A DNA stretch of 64,000 bases from Bdellovibrionales bacterium (GCA_965261545.1 CBDHDF010000010.1:224001-288000); one strand, 5' to 3'. Counted from the stretch's first letter, positions 1 to 10,424 are shown. The notes: generated from the sequence alone by a model not told the origin. A program made the numbers and translations.

Positions 1-1275
1 GTATCTTTCCTCCTCATCAAAGCGGTTCTTGTCCAAAGATGCTTTTAGATTTTCCCTGATTTCTTTTGAGTCTGCGATGAGCATAGTTTTGTAGCAATCA
101 AGCAAGGTGAAATAATCAAATACGGCGGTACAGTAGACAATGACATTTTTTGTAAGGTTGAAAGCGGAGTCCTCCCAAATGGGTGACTCATTGGATTTTC
201 CTGAAAAGTTCTTTGCCGCAGCCCGTATCATATTGGCAACTTCCAGATAGTTTGAATTTTTCAAGGTGTTGTCAATATAGACGGGGTTAAATGTTTGCAT
301 GATGTGTGTGGGTGGTATGGTGTCCATGGCTTGTGTGGATGTGGGGTGTGGATTCTTGGGCACAGAATTTAATGTTTGTACGGGGTTCACAGGTATGGGT
401 ACTAATGTTTGCATAGACTCCCCTACTACGGAACCATGGGGGGCTTTGATATCTCCAAGGTAAACGCACTGATCTTCCAGGTCATGTTTTTGAAGTATTT
501 TGGAAGCCTTTTCAATAAAACTGCCCTTGGGGTCGAGTATCAAGGCGGCTGGTTTGTGTGAAAATTGGGTAAAGAGTTGGTCGACATAGTTCAAGATGGT
601 TCCTTGTGTTTTTCCAGTCCCTATGGAACCTGTGACTAAAATATTTCCATTCAATGCTTTTTGGGGAATAGTGAGCCACTTCGGACGCTCCGTTTTGTCA
701 AATGCGTCTGTCTCCTCTCCAATAGAGCCTAAAGTGAGGCCATCCCTAAAGCGTGATTTTCTGGGCAGTGTTTTATCGAGCTTAAGGAACCTTTGGGTTA
801 TTAATAAAATAGAAATTGATCCATACAAGACAATGCTTAAGGATAGTAAGAATGAGCCATTAAGAAATATGCTAAGATATTGAAGCATTCTCTGAGAAAA
901 AATATCCCCATAGGATGAGAGGCTATGTGTTGTATATAGCTCAAATGGCACCCAAAATAGGCCGGCCAACAGTAGGCAAAGCAGAGTCTTTGAAAAAACT
1001 TCTTTTCCATTCATTTTTTCCTTTTTGATGCTTCGCAAACGACTCCCTTGCTTCTTATAGCCCAAGACTCTTTCAAGGATGAGTGTCATCATCAGGGCAT
1101 TGGCTGAGACAGAAGCCAAGCCTATGAGGAGAAAGTCTTGTGTCTCACCAAAAGCCTTTTCAAGGTGAATCCAGTGCAACACAATGGACTCATAGTGACT
1201 CAAGCCAAAAAGTGTTAGGAGAACAAGGGCGAGAAGGCCAATGGCTGCTAGGGGAGAAATGTCATCTTTTTTCAT
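1..1275 (-). CDS. VirD4/TraD-like type IV coupling protein (runs off the left edge; not in the ORF track)
   Basis: My translation is open from ATG 1275 (ATGA overlap with the upstream stop) to base 1: MKKDDISPLAAIGLLALVLL..., several N-terminal hydrophobic helices, then NILVTGSIGTGKT (Walker A), LILDPKG, QTFNP and PIWEDSA, the motif order typical of coupling proteins. Confidence 0.8.
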   Translation of the reverse strand, partial: MKKDDISPLAAIGLLALVLLTLFGLSHYESIVLHWIHLEKAFGETQDFLLIGLASVSANALMMTLILERVLGYKKQGSRLRSIKKEKMNGKEVFSKTLLCLLLAGLFWVPFELYTTHSLSSYGDIFSQRMLQYLSIFLNGSFLLSLSIVLYGSISILLITQRFLKLDKTLPRKSRFRDGLTLGSIGEETDAFDKTERPKWLTIPQKALNGNILVTGSIGTGKTQGTILNYVDQLFTQFSHKPAALILDPKGSFIEKASKILQKHDLEDQCVYLGDIKAPHGSVVGESMQTLVPIPVNPVQTLNSVPKNPHPTSTQAMDTIPPTHIMQTFNPVYIDNTLKNSNYLEVANMIRAAAKNFSGKSNESPIWEDSAFNLTKNVIVYCTAVFDYFTLLDCYKTMLIADSKEIRENLKASLDKNRFDEEERY

Positions 1276-1490
1276 TTGTGACCTCTTGTGTGAGACTTGT
1301 GAGATTGCATGTTCTTTGTAAAGCATCGCTCTTTCAGGTTGAACTCAATATTGGCACAGCTCCCATCATGGACCTGAATCACAAAGCTCCCGTACTTCAT
1401 AGGGAGGTATGTTTTCTTGGACACATATGCAATGAGCCTCTCAACGGCTTCTTTGATGATTATTTCGTCTTTCACATTTTCTAAATTCAT
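1272..1490 (-). CDS. Small protein, DUF2292/YezD-like
   Basis: YGSFVIQVHDG..ANIE motif; start and stop overlap both neighbours. Confidence 0.5.
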   Translation of the reverse strand: MNLENVKDEIIIKEAVERLIAYVSKKTYLPMKYGSFVIQVHDGSCANIEFNLKERCFTKNMQSHKSHTRGHK

Positions 1491-1735
1491 TTGATGGACT
1501 CCTTCTTTATTCCTGATGAGATGGTAAAAACAGAATCATAGTAAGCATCATCTGCCTCCTGAGAATATTCCTCAATAAGAACTGGGTTCTCCAAGAGAAT
1601 TTCCTCCTGATTGATCTCAAGGGTTTTTAGATAGTCCTCCCAGTCTGAGGAATCCCATTGCTTACAAGATATCTTAATTTCTTCTTCTGACTTCAGTATC
1701 CTACCGGACTTCAAGCAAGGTTTTTTGTTCTTCAT
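1487..1735 (-). CDS. Hypothetical acidic protein, first gene of the leftward operon
   Basis: GGAGGT RBS before ATG 1735 (MKNKKPCLK...); stop overlaps the next start. Confidence 0.55.
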   Translation of the reverse strand: MKNKKPCLKSGRILKSEEEIKISCKQWDSSDWEDYLKTLEINQEEILLENPVLIEEYSQEADDAYYDSVFTISSGIKKESIK

Positions 1736-2172
1736 TTTGCTTACCTCCCTACTAATAGTGTTTTTTTCAACCGTTTCAACCGGTTGAAAACGCCTATTTT
1801 TTGACAAAAATAATTCAAGTTTTTTTCTAAGTTACTGGAATTTATGGAAAATAATTTTTCATTGGATTTTTCTAAAAAAAATAAATTTTTATTTTTTCGG
1901 AAAAATAAATGATTTTTGAGATGATTTTTCAGATTTGTATGTATGTTGTATGAGTGAGGCTGAATGACCTCTAGGAGGTTTTCATTCCTCTCAAGATTAT
2001 TTTTTTGTATACCAAACACAAATGTGTTTTTGTGATTTTTCACGCTCTAGATCCCTTCATGTAATATCTACAAATATGAATCAACTGGATTATGTTTTAT
2101 TTAAGTTCCTATTCTTTCACACCCTTTGATAAAAACTAAAAGCAAGAAAGTGTTTACTTGGATTTTGAGTAT

Positions 2173-2188
2173 TGCTAAATCTGTGCCA
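2173..2188 (-). promoter_or_regulatory. Sigma54 -24/-12 promoter for the coupling-protein operon
   Basis: TGGCACAGATTTAGCA (GG-N10-GC) on the minus strand, in the AT-rich intergenic region divergent from a bEBP gene. Confidence 0.6.
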
Positions 2189-2420
2189 TAAATGAAAAAA
2201 CGATAAATAACCGTTTTTATTAGATAAATGAGGTGGCCATGAATTTATTACATCCTTCAAATTAATTATGAATTAATAATTTAGAACAAAAAAATTATTA
2301 AAAATTAAAATTAAATAAAAAATCTTTTAAAAAATGTTTGTTGTATGATATAAATACCAGAATGAATAATGTGAATCCAAAACATATAAAGTAAGAACTT
2401 GTCTTGATTGGAGGAGAGAA

Positions 2421-3953
2421 TTGAAGGAAGTATCCATACTCATCGTGGATGATAGTGAACCCACTCGACAAATTCATCAGCTCTTTATTGAAAAGCTCTT
2501 TGAGGATTCTTTTGCCTCAAAACCCATAGTGCGTCTCGCCGCCACGGCCACAGAGATGTTTCATTTTCTAAAGGATGAGAAATTTCACTTGATTCTCTTA
2601 GATTGGGATTTGGGAAAAGATGAAAATGGCAAAAAGGTGGATGGCATTGATTTGATCCCCGATATCATTGGGATGAGACCCAATGCCAAAATCTTTGTTG
2701 TCACCTCCTCCAATGATACTCGACTTGCAGTTCGAGCTATGAGGAATGGAGCTTTGGATTTTATAACCAAAGGTGATGGTCAGTATAAGAAAGAAAAGAT
2801 TCTCAAGGCTCTTGAATCCGTACTTGAAATTGAGTCTTTGCACGCAGGTCTCACCTCCACCACGACAGAGGGTTATATTTGCCAATCAGAGGCTATGAAG
2901 TTAGTGGACCTTCAACTTAGGACTTTATCTGAAGTGCATACTCCCGTTCTTATTCTAGGCGAGTCTGGGTTAGGAAAAACTCACGCCGCCAAACGGTTGA
3001 ACGAACTTTCCAAGAATTTTCATGGGCAAAGTCAAAGACCCTTTTTGCATGTAGATATCAATACTATCAACGAAAATCTGGTCGAATCTGAATTGTTTGG
3101 GCATGAAAAGGGGGCCTTTACAGGATCCACTCAAAGAAAACTGGGGCTATTTGACTTGGCCTCTGTTGGAGACATTCTTCTTGATGAAATTGGCGATGCT
3201 TCACCTAAAATGCAATCCAAACTTCTAAAAGTTATTGAGGAAAAAACCTTTAGGCGAGTGGGGGGAGAGAAAGATATTAAAACAAATGCTAGGATCATAT
3301 GTGCAACAAATAAAGATCTCAAAAACATGGTCGCTGAGAAGAAATTTAGAAGTGACCTTTACGCTCGCATATGCACAATTAAGATCAGTATGCCAGATCT
3401 TAAAGAGCGCAAGGAGGATATACCCTATATATGCGAAAGACTGGCTCAAGAATTAGGAGATATGCACAAAAAAATGATTTCATACAGTGATTTTCCACCA
3501 TCGCTCAAACAATATTTCTACAGAGGAAATATTCCCTTCAATATCCGTGGCATGAGGAGTGATATTGAGCGTCTTATAATATATTGTCCAAAAAATAGTA
3601 GAGGAAAAATTGACTATACGAAATGGAAGCATATTTTAGGATACTCATCAAAAGATATAAAACCTATAGAAGACGACATTGATTTAGAAAAAGTTGATAA
3701 TATTGTCTATCTTATGGATAGAATAGCCTCTCGTTTGTTGTCTGGAAAAGAAGAGAATGCAAGCCTTTACTCCCTTAAAGAGATGCTGGAAAAAAGAATA
3801 TTCATGGCCGCTAATGACAAATACAAAAAGAAGATGGACATTGCAGAGGCCATTGGCATACATAAATCAGCCGTATCTATTAAGATAAACAAGTATTTAA
3901 ATAGGCCCAAAGAACAAGGATCTGCAACGCCTTTACGGGAGAAAGAGGTATGA
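2421..3953 (+). CDS. Sigma54-dependent NtrC-family response regulator (REC-AAA+-HTH)
   Basis: IVDD and LILLD receiver motifs, GESGLGKT, ESELFGHEKGAFTGS, LLDEIG, FRSDLYARI, C-terminal HTH. Confidence 0.92.
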   Translation: MKEVSILIVDDSEPTRQIHQLFIEKLFEDSFASKPIVRLAATATEMFHFLKDEKFHLILLDWDLGKDENGKKVDGIDLIPDIIGMRPNAKIFVVTSSNDTRLAVRAMRNGALDFITKGDGQYKKEKILKALESVLEIESLHAGLTSTTTEGYICQSEAMKLVDLQLRTLSEVHTPVLILGESGLGKTHAAKRLNELSKNFHGQSQRPFLHVDINTINENLVESELFGHEKGAFTGSTQRKLGLFDLASVGDILLDEIGDASPKMQSKLLKVIEEKTFRRVGGEKDIKTNARIICATNKDLKNMVAEKKFRSDLYARICTIKISMPDLKERKEDIPYICERLAQELGDMHKKMISYSDFPPSLKQYFYRGNIPFNIRGMRSDIERLIIYCPKNSRGKIDYTKWKHILGYSSKDIKPIEDDIDLEKVDNIVYLMDRIASRLLSGKEENASLYSLKEMLEKRIFMAANDKYKKKMDIAEAIGIHKSAVSIKINKYLNRPKEQGSATPLREKEV

Positions 3954-6900
3954 ATATTGATATCATGAAGATAAATCAAATGGTTTATATAAAGATGATA
4001 ATATTAATGATCTTCACGGCTTTGGTGTCATCATGTTCTTTTGTGAAAGAAGAAACTGATAAGGGAGAGACTCATAAAGAAAACACCCATAGAATCCATG
4101 AAGTGGGAGAAGTGGAAAAGGCCATTGAAGAAATAGATATTTTTGATGCGGTGATGAAGGGGAATAATTATATTATGACGAAATTCTTAGAGTCAGAAAA
4201 CAAGGATATCAATTCTTATGACTCTCAAGGATATACGCCTTTGATGTATCTTGTAAGACTCAATAATGCCGTCATGGCGGAAAAATTTATTCATCATGGG
4301 GCACAAATTTATCAACCACATAAAATCAATAAGCATCAAACAGCTTTTTCTATGGTGGACAGAAGCAATGAAGACATGATTCGCCTTTTTGAATCAGAAT
4401 CTTTACGATATGCAAAGGTGGTTGAAGACCTTGTGGAAAATGGTTCCTATGGGAAAGCATTGAACGTGAGTAGGGACAACCACTTTCCCACAATCCTAAC
4501 TCTCCCTAGAAGCCAAAAAACAGCCCTCGAATGGATGTCCCATGTATACAGCCATCAAGGTATGGCCAAAGAGGATGAAGACTCTATAGAGTACGTGAGA
4601 TATCTCTTGGAAGGGGCCTCTCAAAATCCACAGTATTTACTTGAAAGCGAAAGACACTTTCAAAAGCTATCAAAAGCCATAGATCATACTCCCTTACTCC
4701 AAGACATGGAGGAAGTCTATCTCAATGGAGGAGTGGCATTAAAACAAATTTCTATTTTGGAAAAAGATATATCAGATATGAACTGGCTCCTGTTGAAGGT
4801 AAAAGTCACCAAGAAATATGGAACATTGAAGCTCGATCATTCCCATATTCATCTTTATGTGGATGCCATAAAATTTGCAATCAAATGGCAAGGAGTTAAA
4901 TCCAAAAAATCTAGAATACTGATAAAAGAAATACTGAAAAGTAAGGGTGATGATGAGGACAAGGTCAAGTTTCTAGATAAACTTTTTTCCTTATTTTTCT
5001 CCCTCGAAAAAGGTGATTATAAATACCTTCAAGAAGCTCAAGTTTTACTAAAAACTTGGAAGGCTTATCAATTGCCTCCATCCAAAGGACCGTTTGACCT
5101 CGCAATGCTTCAAGTCCTTCAATCTCTTAAAATAAATGAAAAAGTGGATTATAGGACAAACATTGTTGGAAGCCTTGTGGACCTATTGGTATCTTTTTAC
5201 CCAGATAACTCAAACAGGTCTAAAAAAAGCATAGAGTATATTATTGACAGTAATTTCATCCAAGAACAAAAGGCAAGGCTTCTTAATCTGCTAGCCTTAA
5301 AAACAAAAGAGATGCTTCCTCCTCATATTTTTTCCTATGCCATTAGAAAAGGAGGCCAAAGCTCTCTTGATTTGATTATTGATTCTAATATTTCATTTAG
5401 CCCTGAAGAGCAGCAAGAGTCTATTTTAACGGCAATTTCTGCTTCAACATCAGCTCTTGCAGCTCATAAATTGATTGCTTCTCTAAATAATCAAGGAATA
5501 AGAACAGATACTCCATATGGAGTGAAAGCCTTAAAAATAGCTTTCAAGAAGGTTTGGGAGAATGAGGAGTTTCAAGAGCCTCTTTTATCTTTATTGTTAT
5601 CAAACCCTTCTCCCATAAATTCAATGTCTGAAATTGAGGTCCTTGAGATTCTCAGTGGACATTTAGCATTTATTAAGAAGACCCACCGGGGTTTAAGCAT
5701 CATGGAACATACACTAAAAAAGCTACAAAGGGATTTACCTATATATCACAATAATATCCCGTCTCCAATTCAGTCAGGACTAAAGTCCATGAGAATCAGT
5801 TTTGTATGGGACTATATATTAACAATGCATGATATATACAAGGAGATAACGAGAGCATCAACACATCTCGGTGACTCCATTGAGTGGTTGCATGACCTTA
5901 ATCTCATCCATGACACCATCGGTTTATTGATCTCAAAATTTCCCCAAGAAGAGTTTTCTATGGTGTTTTTTGAAGAACATCCACCATTTACATTCAAAAG
6001 TCAGAATCGTGGTTTATTGGACAATATGCTTGCATTAAGCCTCATCTTGTCGGCCAATAAAGACTCTCTTTATAGTGCACTGTCTTCTGAAGATGCTAGA
6101 GATTATGAAATTCATATAGAGGGGTCTCCTTTAAAACTCTCATGGAAGGCTTTTGTTTCAGGTGATTTTTATAGAAGTTATGCTGACAATAAGAAATTTT
6201 GGGGCTCTGTCTCTAAGTCTCTTCTTGATTCTGGGAGACACTTTGCTTTAAAGCATGATAGAAGTTCGGTGGAATTTATAAAGATACTTATCTCAGACAA
6301 CCAACTGATCCAATACCCTCAATTGTCTCATATCATAAAGAATCAAAAGATCATCTTGCCTGTGGATCAAGAAAGCTGTGCTCTTGATAAGAGCAAAGTA
6401 GATGAAGTGAATCTTCCAGATATCAAGCACAGCGGCCCTCACCCCAATCCAAGTGTGGGTTATTCTTTGGCTACAGTGGAAGGCTTCTCACCTCGTTGGG
6501 CGAATTTAGGAACCATGGAAGCCTTAAGGCCCCTTAAAGAAAGAAGTTGCCTAGGGGAAAAGTTATCACAAGAAGAAACTCATTTTATAAGAAACTTTGT
6601 TCTTCTAGAAAAAGAAACTCTACTTTATCAGAGACCAGATATTCCTCATACGAGAAAATATGGAAAAGACCCTCGCTTGGCAGATATAAGCGGACAACAT
6701 GCTGTGGATTGCGACTCTTCTTCCATGGTCGAAGGGAGTCAAGTGGCATATTATTCACAAATAGGAAAGAGGCTTTCCCATTTGGAAATGATGGGGGCTA
6801 CAGAAGAAAGGGTGCAAAGTTTCATACCTCCCTATGGAAAATGTTATAAATATCTGCCGTCAAAATGGATGCGATCATCTGTGATGCGTTCGTTTCTGAG

Positions 6901-7042
6901 CTATTGGTATAAATGTGCTGAAGATGCCAAAAATGGGTCTTTGGTCTCAGTTTTTAAGGAGATACAAGAAGAAATAAATATTGCACCTCAAAAAGAGCCT
7001 ATGGACGCAGGAGTCTACACCTGCCGATGGAAGAGCTTATGA
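3950..7042 (+). CDS. Large ankyrin-repeat lipoprotein of unknown function (paralog of 35985-39581)
   Basis: Lipobox-like LVSSC, ankyrin motif DSQGYTPLM, Cys-rich C-terminus ending CRWKSL. Confidence 0.75.
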   Translation: MNIDIMKINQMVYIKMIILMIFTALVSSCSFVKEETDKGETHKENTHRIHEVGEVEKAIEEIDIFDAVMKGNNYIMTKFLESENKDINSYDSQGYTPLMYLVRLNNAVMAEKFIHHGAQIYQPHKINKHQTAFSMVDRSNEDMIRLFESESLRYAKVVEDLVENGSYGKALNVSRDNHFPTILTLPRSQKTALEWMSHVYSHQGMAKEDEDSIEYVRYLLEGASQNPQYLLESERHFQKLSKAIDHTPLLQDMEEVYLNGGVALKQISILEKDISDMNWLLLKVKVTKKYGTLKLDHSHIHLYVDAIKFAIKWQGVKSKKSRILIKEILKSKGDDEDKVKFLDKLFSLFFSLEKGDYKYLQEAQVLLKTWKAYQLPPSKGPFDLAMLQVLQSLKINEKVDYRTNIVGSLVDLLVSFYPDNSNRSKKSIEYIIDSNFIQEQKARLLNLLALKTKEMLPPHIFSYAIRKGGQSSLDLIIDSNISFSPEEQQESILTAISASTSALAAHKLIASLNNQGIRTDTPYGVKALKIAFKKVWENEEFQEPLLSLLLSNPSPINSMSEIEVLEILSGHLAFIKKTHRGLSIMEHTLKKLQRDLPIYHNNIPSPIQSGLKSMRISFVWDYILTMHDIYKEITRASTHLGDSIEWLHDLNLIHDTIGLLISKFPQEEFSMVFFEEHPPFTFKSQNRGLLDNMLALSLILSANKDSLYSALSSEDARDYEIHIEGSPLKLSWKAFVSGDFYRSYADNKKFWGSVSKSLLDSGRHFALKHDRSSVEFIKILISDNQLIQYPQLSHIIKNQKIILPVDQESCALDKSKVDEVNLPDIKHSGPHPNPSVGYSLATVEGFSPRWANLGTMEALRPLKERSCLGEKLSQEETHFIRNFVLLEKETLLYQRPDIPHTRKYGKDPRLADISGQHAVDCDSSSMVEGSQVAYYSQIGKRLSHLEMMGATEERVQSFIPPYGKCYKYLPSKWMRSSVMRSFLSYWYKCAEDAKNGSLVSVFKEIQEEINIAPQKEPMDAGVYTCRWKSL

Positions 7043-8439
7043 ATCATCGTAGTAAGTTTATAAATCATTTGATAAGTCGTATTGCTGGAAAGCCTATTGT
7101 GATTGTGTTACCATCTATTGCTTGTTTTGTGTTCTTTCTATACAACTCTCTTTTATCATCCAATTATGAAAAAGCAAGGGGAGATGTCAACAAATATGTG
7201 AGTCAATGGGAAATGGACCTCTCTCAAAACATTTCGGAAAAAACAAACCCAGAATTGATAAGAAAGATTTTTAGTGGCTTGAAGGTGTTTCCGCTTTCCC
7301 AGTATGAGTTGAGGGCTCAGGGAAGAGTGCTCCACCAATGGTCTGAAAAAGGCAATAAGAAGGGCAAAGGATTTTCAATCACATGCCCTAACCCTATTGA
7401 GCATAATATAACCATTGATGGCTTGAGAATAGGGAGGGTTCATGCTTGCATATCGGATCAATTAATCACAAAGATGACCCTTCTTTCACCCACACTTGCT
7501 GCTGCCATGTTAGTGGCTATGACCTTGTTGTTTGTGGTTTCATTCATTCCCTTGCTAGGCTACAAAAGGTCTCTTAATTCAACCATTGATACGTTGGAAC
7601 AATGGAGTAGAGAGTCCGACGACTCATTGATCCCAAAAACCAGCGACAAGGCCACCCATAAGGTCATCTCTCTCATCAAAAAGGGCTTAGATATTAAGAA
7701 TAACTTAAAAGAGACTCAATCTGCACTCAATGTGGAAAAAGAAATAGGTCGGATTATTCGTCAAGTAGCACATGATATTAGAAGCCCTGTTTTGGATCTG
7801 AAGACACTCATGTCGGGTGACTTTCCCCAAGATAAAAGAGACAAGATCATAATGTCATCCATTGAGAGAATTTGTGAAATTAGTGAATCTTTAGTGGGAT
7901 CTAGTATAGAGAATAAATACCGAAACGAATACAGATTAGAAATGATAAGCCCCGTCAATGTATCTCAGACCATTGAGAGTATTTTTAGAGATAAGAAGAT
8001 TTTATATACAAATGTGAAGTTTCGTTTACACACATACGGAAATGACGAACTCCACGCTCTTTGTTCTCCCGTTGAATTTAAAAGAGTGATTTCAAATCTT
8101 GTAAGCAATAGTATTGAGTCTATCCCAAAAGGTGTTTTAGGGAAAATCTCTTGCCGTCTCTCCATGGATTTGGAGGAGAACACTTGCAAGGTGGCTATAT
8201 CGGACAATGGGAAAGGTATTCCTTTTGAAAATTTAGAAAAGGTTTTTGATGAGCATTTTACCAGCGGCAAGAGGTCTGGCAATGGTCTTGGGTTGTACTA
8301 TGTCAGAAAAAAGGTTCAAGATTGGAGTGGAGCCATTGAGATTCACTCCAGTGTGGTGCGAGGAACCACGGTTGAAATGGTCTTACGAGTCCCCAAGAAA
8401 GCAACCACCCTCAAGTTGCTAGGAGCCAATGGGGTATAA
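7039..8439 (+). CDS. Membrane sensor histidine kinase
   Basis: Two TM helices flanking a periplasmic loop; QVAHDIRSP (H-box), NLVSNS, DNGKGI, GNGLGL. Start 7039 chosen for its ATGA overlap. Confidence 0.92.
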   Translation: MNHRSKFINHLISRIAGKPIVIVLPSIACFVFFLYNSLLSSNYEKARGDVNKYVSQWEMDLSQNISEKTNPELIRKIFSGLKVFPLSQYELRAQGRVLHQWSEKGNKKGKGFSITCPNPIEHNITIDGLRIGRVHACISDQLITKMTLLSPTLAAAMLVAMTLLFVVSFIPLLGYKRSLNSTIDTLEQWSRESDDSLIPKTSDKATHKVISLIKKGLDIKNNLKETQSALNVEKEIGRIIRQVAHDIRSPVLDLKTLMSGDFPQDKRDKIIMSSIERICEISESLVGSSIENKYRNEYRLEMISPVNVSQTIESIFRDKKILYTNVKFRLHTYGNDELHALCSPVEFKRVISNLVSNSIESIPKGVLGKISCRLSMDLEENTCKVAISDNGKGIPFENLEKVFDEHFTSGKRSGNGLGLYYVRKKVQDWSGAIEIHSSVVRGTTVEMVLRVPKKATTLKLLGANGV

Positions 8440-8464
8440 GGGGTGTAAATAATCACTACGCTCA

Positions 8465-9217
8465 ATGATTGCCATGTTTACCATGTTGGAGGCCAAAGTG
8501 TCTATAAAATTGAATGTAAGACTGAATGAAAGGCTCAAGGTATGTCCCCCTAAAACCCTTTTGAGTAAGATGGGGGTAGGGGTATGTAAAAGGCCCAGCC
8601 TCTTTGTGAACAAAAGGTTCATTGTTATGGTGGCAAAAGGTGTCATGGTTTTTTTATCTTTCATGACCATGGGTTGTGCGACAAACTTAAAGTATCAGCA
8701 GATGACAAATTCACAGTATCGTTGGGCGACAATGGGTATCGCAGCCCCTATCGGTGCTGGCGTTGGAGCTTTATCTGCACCTGACAGAGAAAAAAAGGCA
8801 TATCATGCCTTGGCGTGGGCCAGTGCCTTTGTCGCCGCATCAGCTATCTTTGGAAACTACCACTACAGCGATGATAAGGAAATAGAAAAGCTCAGAAAGC
8901 AAGTCAAAGATTATGAGAATAGTTTGCGCCCCCACCTCCTCAATGAGGGCTCTGGCTATCTCAAGCATCCTTCTCTAGACAAAACAAAACCTGTGAAATG
9001 GAAAGTGTATAAGATCGACAAGTGGGTGCAGGAAAATGAAGCCACAAAATATCATCAAGACTTAATGCTCAAGTTGGAACCAATGGCCAAAGGCAAGGGG
9101 AAGAATCAGGATAAGAGTAAAGAAAATCTCAAGGAGCAAGAGGAGAAGAGGGGGGAAGAGCAGGAAAAACTGCAAGATAACAAAGGCTCCCAGAGAGCAA
9201 AGGAGAGGCCCAGGTGA
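8465..9217 (+). CDS. Putative lipoprotein with Gly/Ala-rich hydrophobic segment (true start probably downstream)
   Basis: FMTMGC lipobox-like motif, GAGVGA segment, charged tail; overlaps the next gene start. Confidence 0.6.
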   Translation: MIAMFTMLEAKVSIKLNVRLNERLKVCPPKTLLSKMGVGVCKRPSLFVNKRFIVMVAKGVMVFLSFMTMGCATNLKYQQMTNSQYRWATMGIAAPIGAGVGALSAPDREKKAYHALAWASAFVAASAIFGNYHYSDDKEIEKLRKQVKDYENSLRPHLLNEGSGYLKHPSLDKTKPVKWKVYKIDKWVQENEATKYHQDLMLKLEPMAKGKGKNQDKSKENLKEQEEKRGEEQEKLQDNKGSQRAKERPR

Positions 9218-10356
9218 TTAAAAATATTCTCTCTAAATCAGCCCTTATGATCTTATTGTTATGGTCTTCTCTCACCACCTACTTTTGGTTGGGTGGCATC
9301 AGTATTTCTGACATCAGAAGCCACCTCACCCTCTCTCCTAGAAAGAATCAGCCCATAAATATTGAACGTGACTACTTATTCATCACAAAATTTCTTAATG
9401 AGTACTATACCATAAATACAATGGGCTCTCCTAGAAATAAGGAGCAAAAGATGGAGTCTGTCAAAAAAATGGTTTCAAAGGGCAAGCAGGAGCGGATTAT
9501 AAAGAAATATAGGAGAACTCTTGATTATTTCTTCTCTCAGAAAGGAGCCCAAAAATTCTCAATTCAAAAGATTGTGAGAGATCAGGAAAAAGGTATGTAT
9601 AGAGCCTATTTATCTGTGTATCAGAGCTTTCAGAACAAGAAACAATATCTTGTCAAGGTAGATTTAAAGGTACACTCTCTTCGTAAAGTGAATGTCCTCA
9701 ATAAAGACTCTAGCCATTTCTTACAGAATACTCAGATTATGCACTTTGATGAGGTCATATTGGATATACCTCCCACTGAGCTATCAAATAAAGAGGTTTA
9801 TCTCCACCCCAAAACCACTTCTCAGGTCAGGCTTCCATGTCCTGTCAAGGCGATGTTTCGCCCCTCCCTGCCTAGTCCCTCGAAGGTTTCGTCATCACCT
9901 GCATCACCCTCTAGCTCTTCACAGGACTCTAGTTCTTCGACTTCTTCACAGGGGGCTCCCTCTTCTTCAGCCTCCTCTCATGTTACAAAAAATGTGTCCT
10001 CCATACCTGTAGGTGATGGCATAGATATACAATTAAGTTCAGATTTACGACATATCAAATTCTATTCAGAAAATAGTGATGTTATGGCTGAGGTCGGTCG
10101 CACTCATTTTGAAGTCAAATGTAAAAAGAGGGCCTTTAAACTCAACCTCATGCATAACAAGAATCTATTGACTGTTTATCAGTCTCTTTCACTCTCAGAC
10201 GGCATAGTAAAAGCAAGAAAGAGAAAGAAGCCCACAGCCAGTGATCGCTTTGAGAAAAATGTAGAAAAGCAACTAGGACTTGTAATAACTGATTGGAAGT
10301 GGAGCCATGGGAGTAGGAAGGCAAAGGGTGAAAAGAAGGAGAGGGGGCCTAAATGA
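9214..10356 (+). CDS. Membrane-anchored protein, possibly a VirB8/TraE-K-like T4SS envelope component
   Basis: Single N-terminal TM, helical FITKFLNEYY segment then beta-rich region, Ser-rich insert. The family guess is weak and relies on context. Confidence 0.4.
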   Translation: MIKNILSKSALMILLLWSSLTTYFWLGGISISDIRSHLTLSPRKNQPINIERDYLFITKFLNEYYTINTMGSPRNKEQKMESVKKMVSKGKQERIIKKYRRTLDYFFSQKGAQKFSIQKIVRDQEKGMYRAYLSVYQSFQNKKQYLVKVDLKVHSLRKVNVLNKDSSHFLQNTQIMHFDEVILDIPPTELSNKEVYLHPKTTSQVRLPCPVKAMFRPSLPSPSKVSSSPASPSSSSQDSSSSTSSQGAPSSSASSHVTKNVSSIPVGDGIDIQLSSDLRHIKFYSENSDVMAEVGRTHFEVKCKKRAFKLNLMHNKNLLTVYQSLSLSDGIVKARKRKKPTASDRFEKNVEKQLGLVITDWKWSHGSRKAKGEKKERGPK

Positions 10357-10424
10357 CAATTGGGTGCCTCCAAAGCTCGACAGATTTTGAAGAATGTTGT
10401 GAAATTTATGTTTTTCTTTCCACC

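Noticed and set aside
1741..2043. 100-aa ORF
   Set aside because: Low-complexity Asn/Lys/Phe translation of AT-rich regulatory DNA; no recognisable motif.
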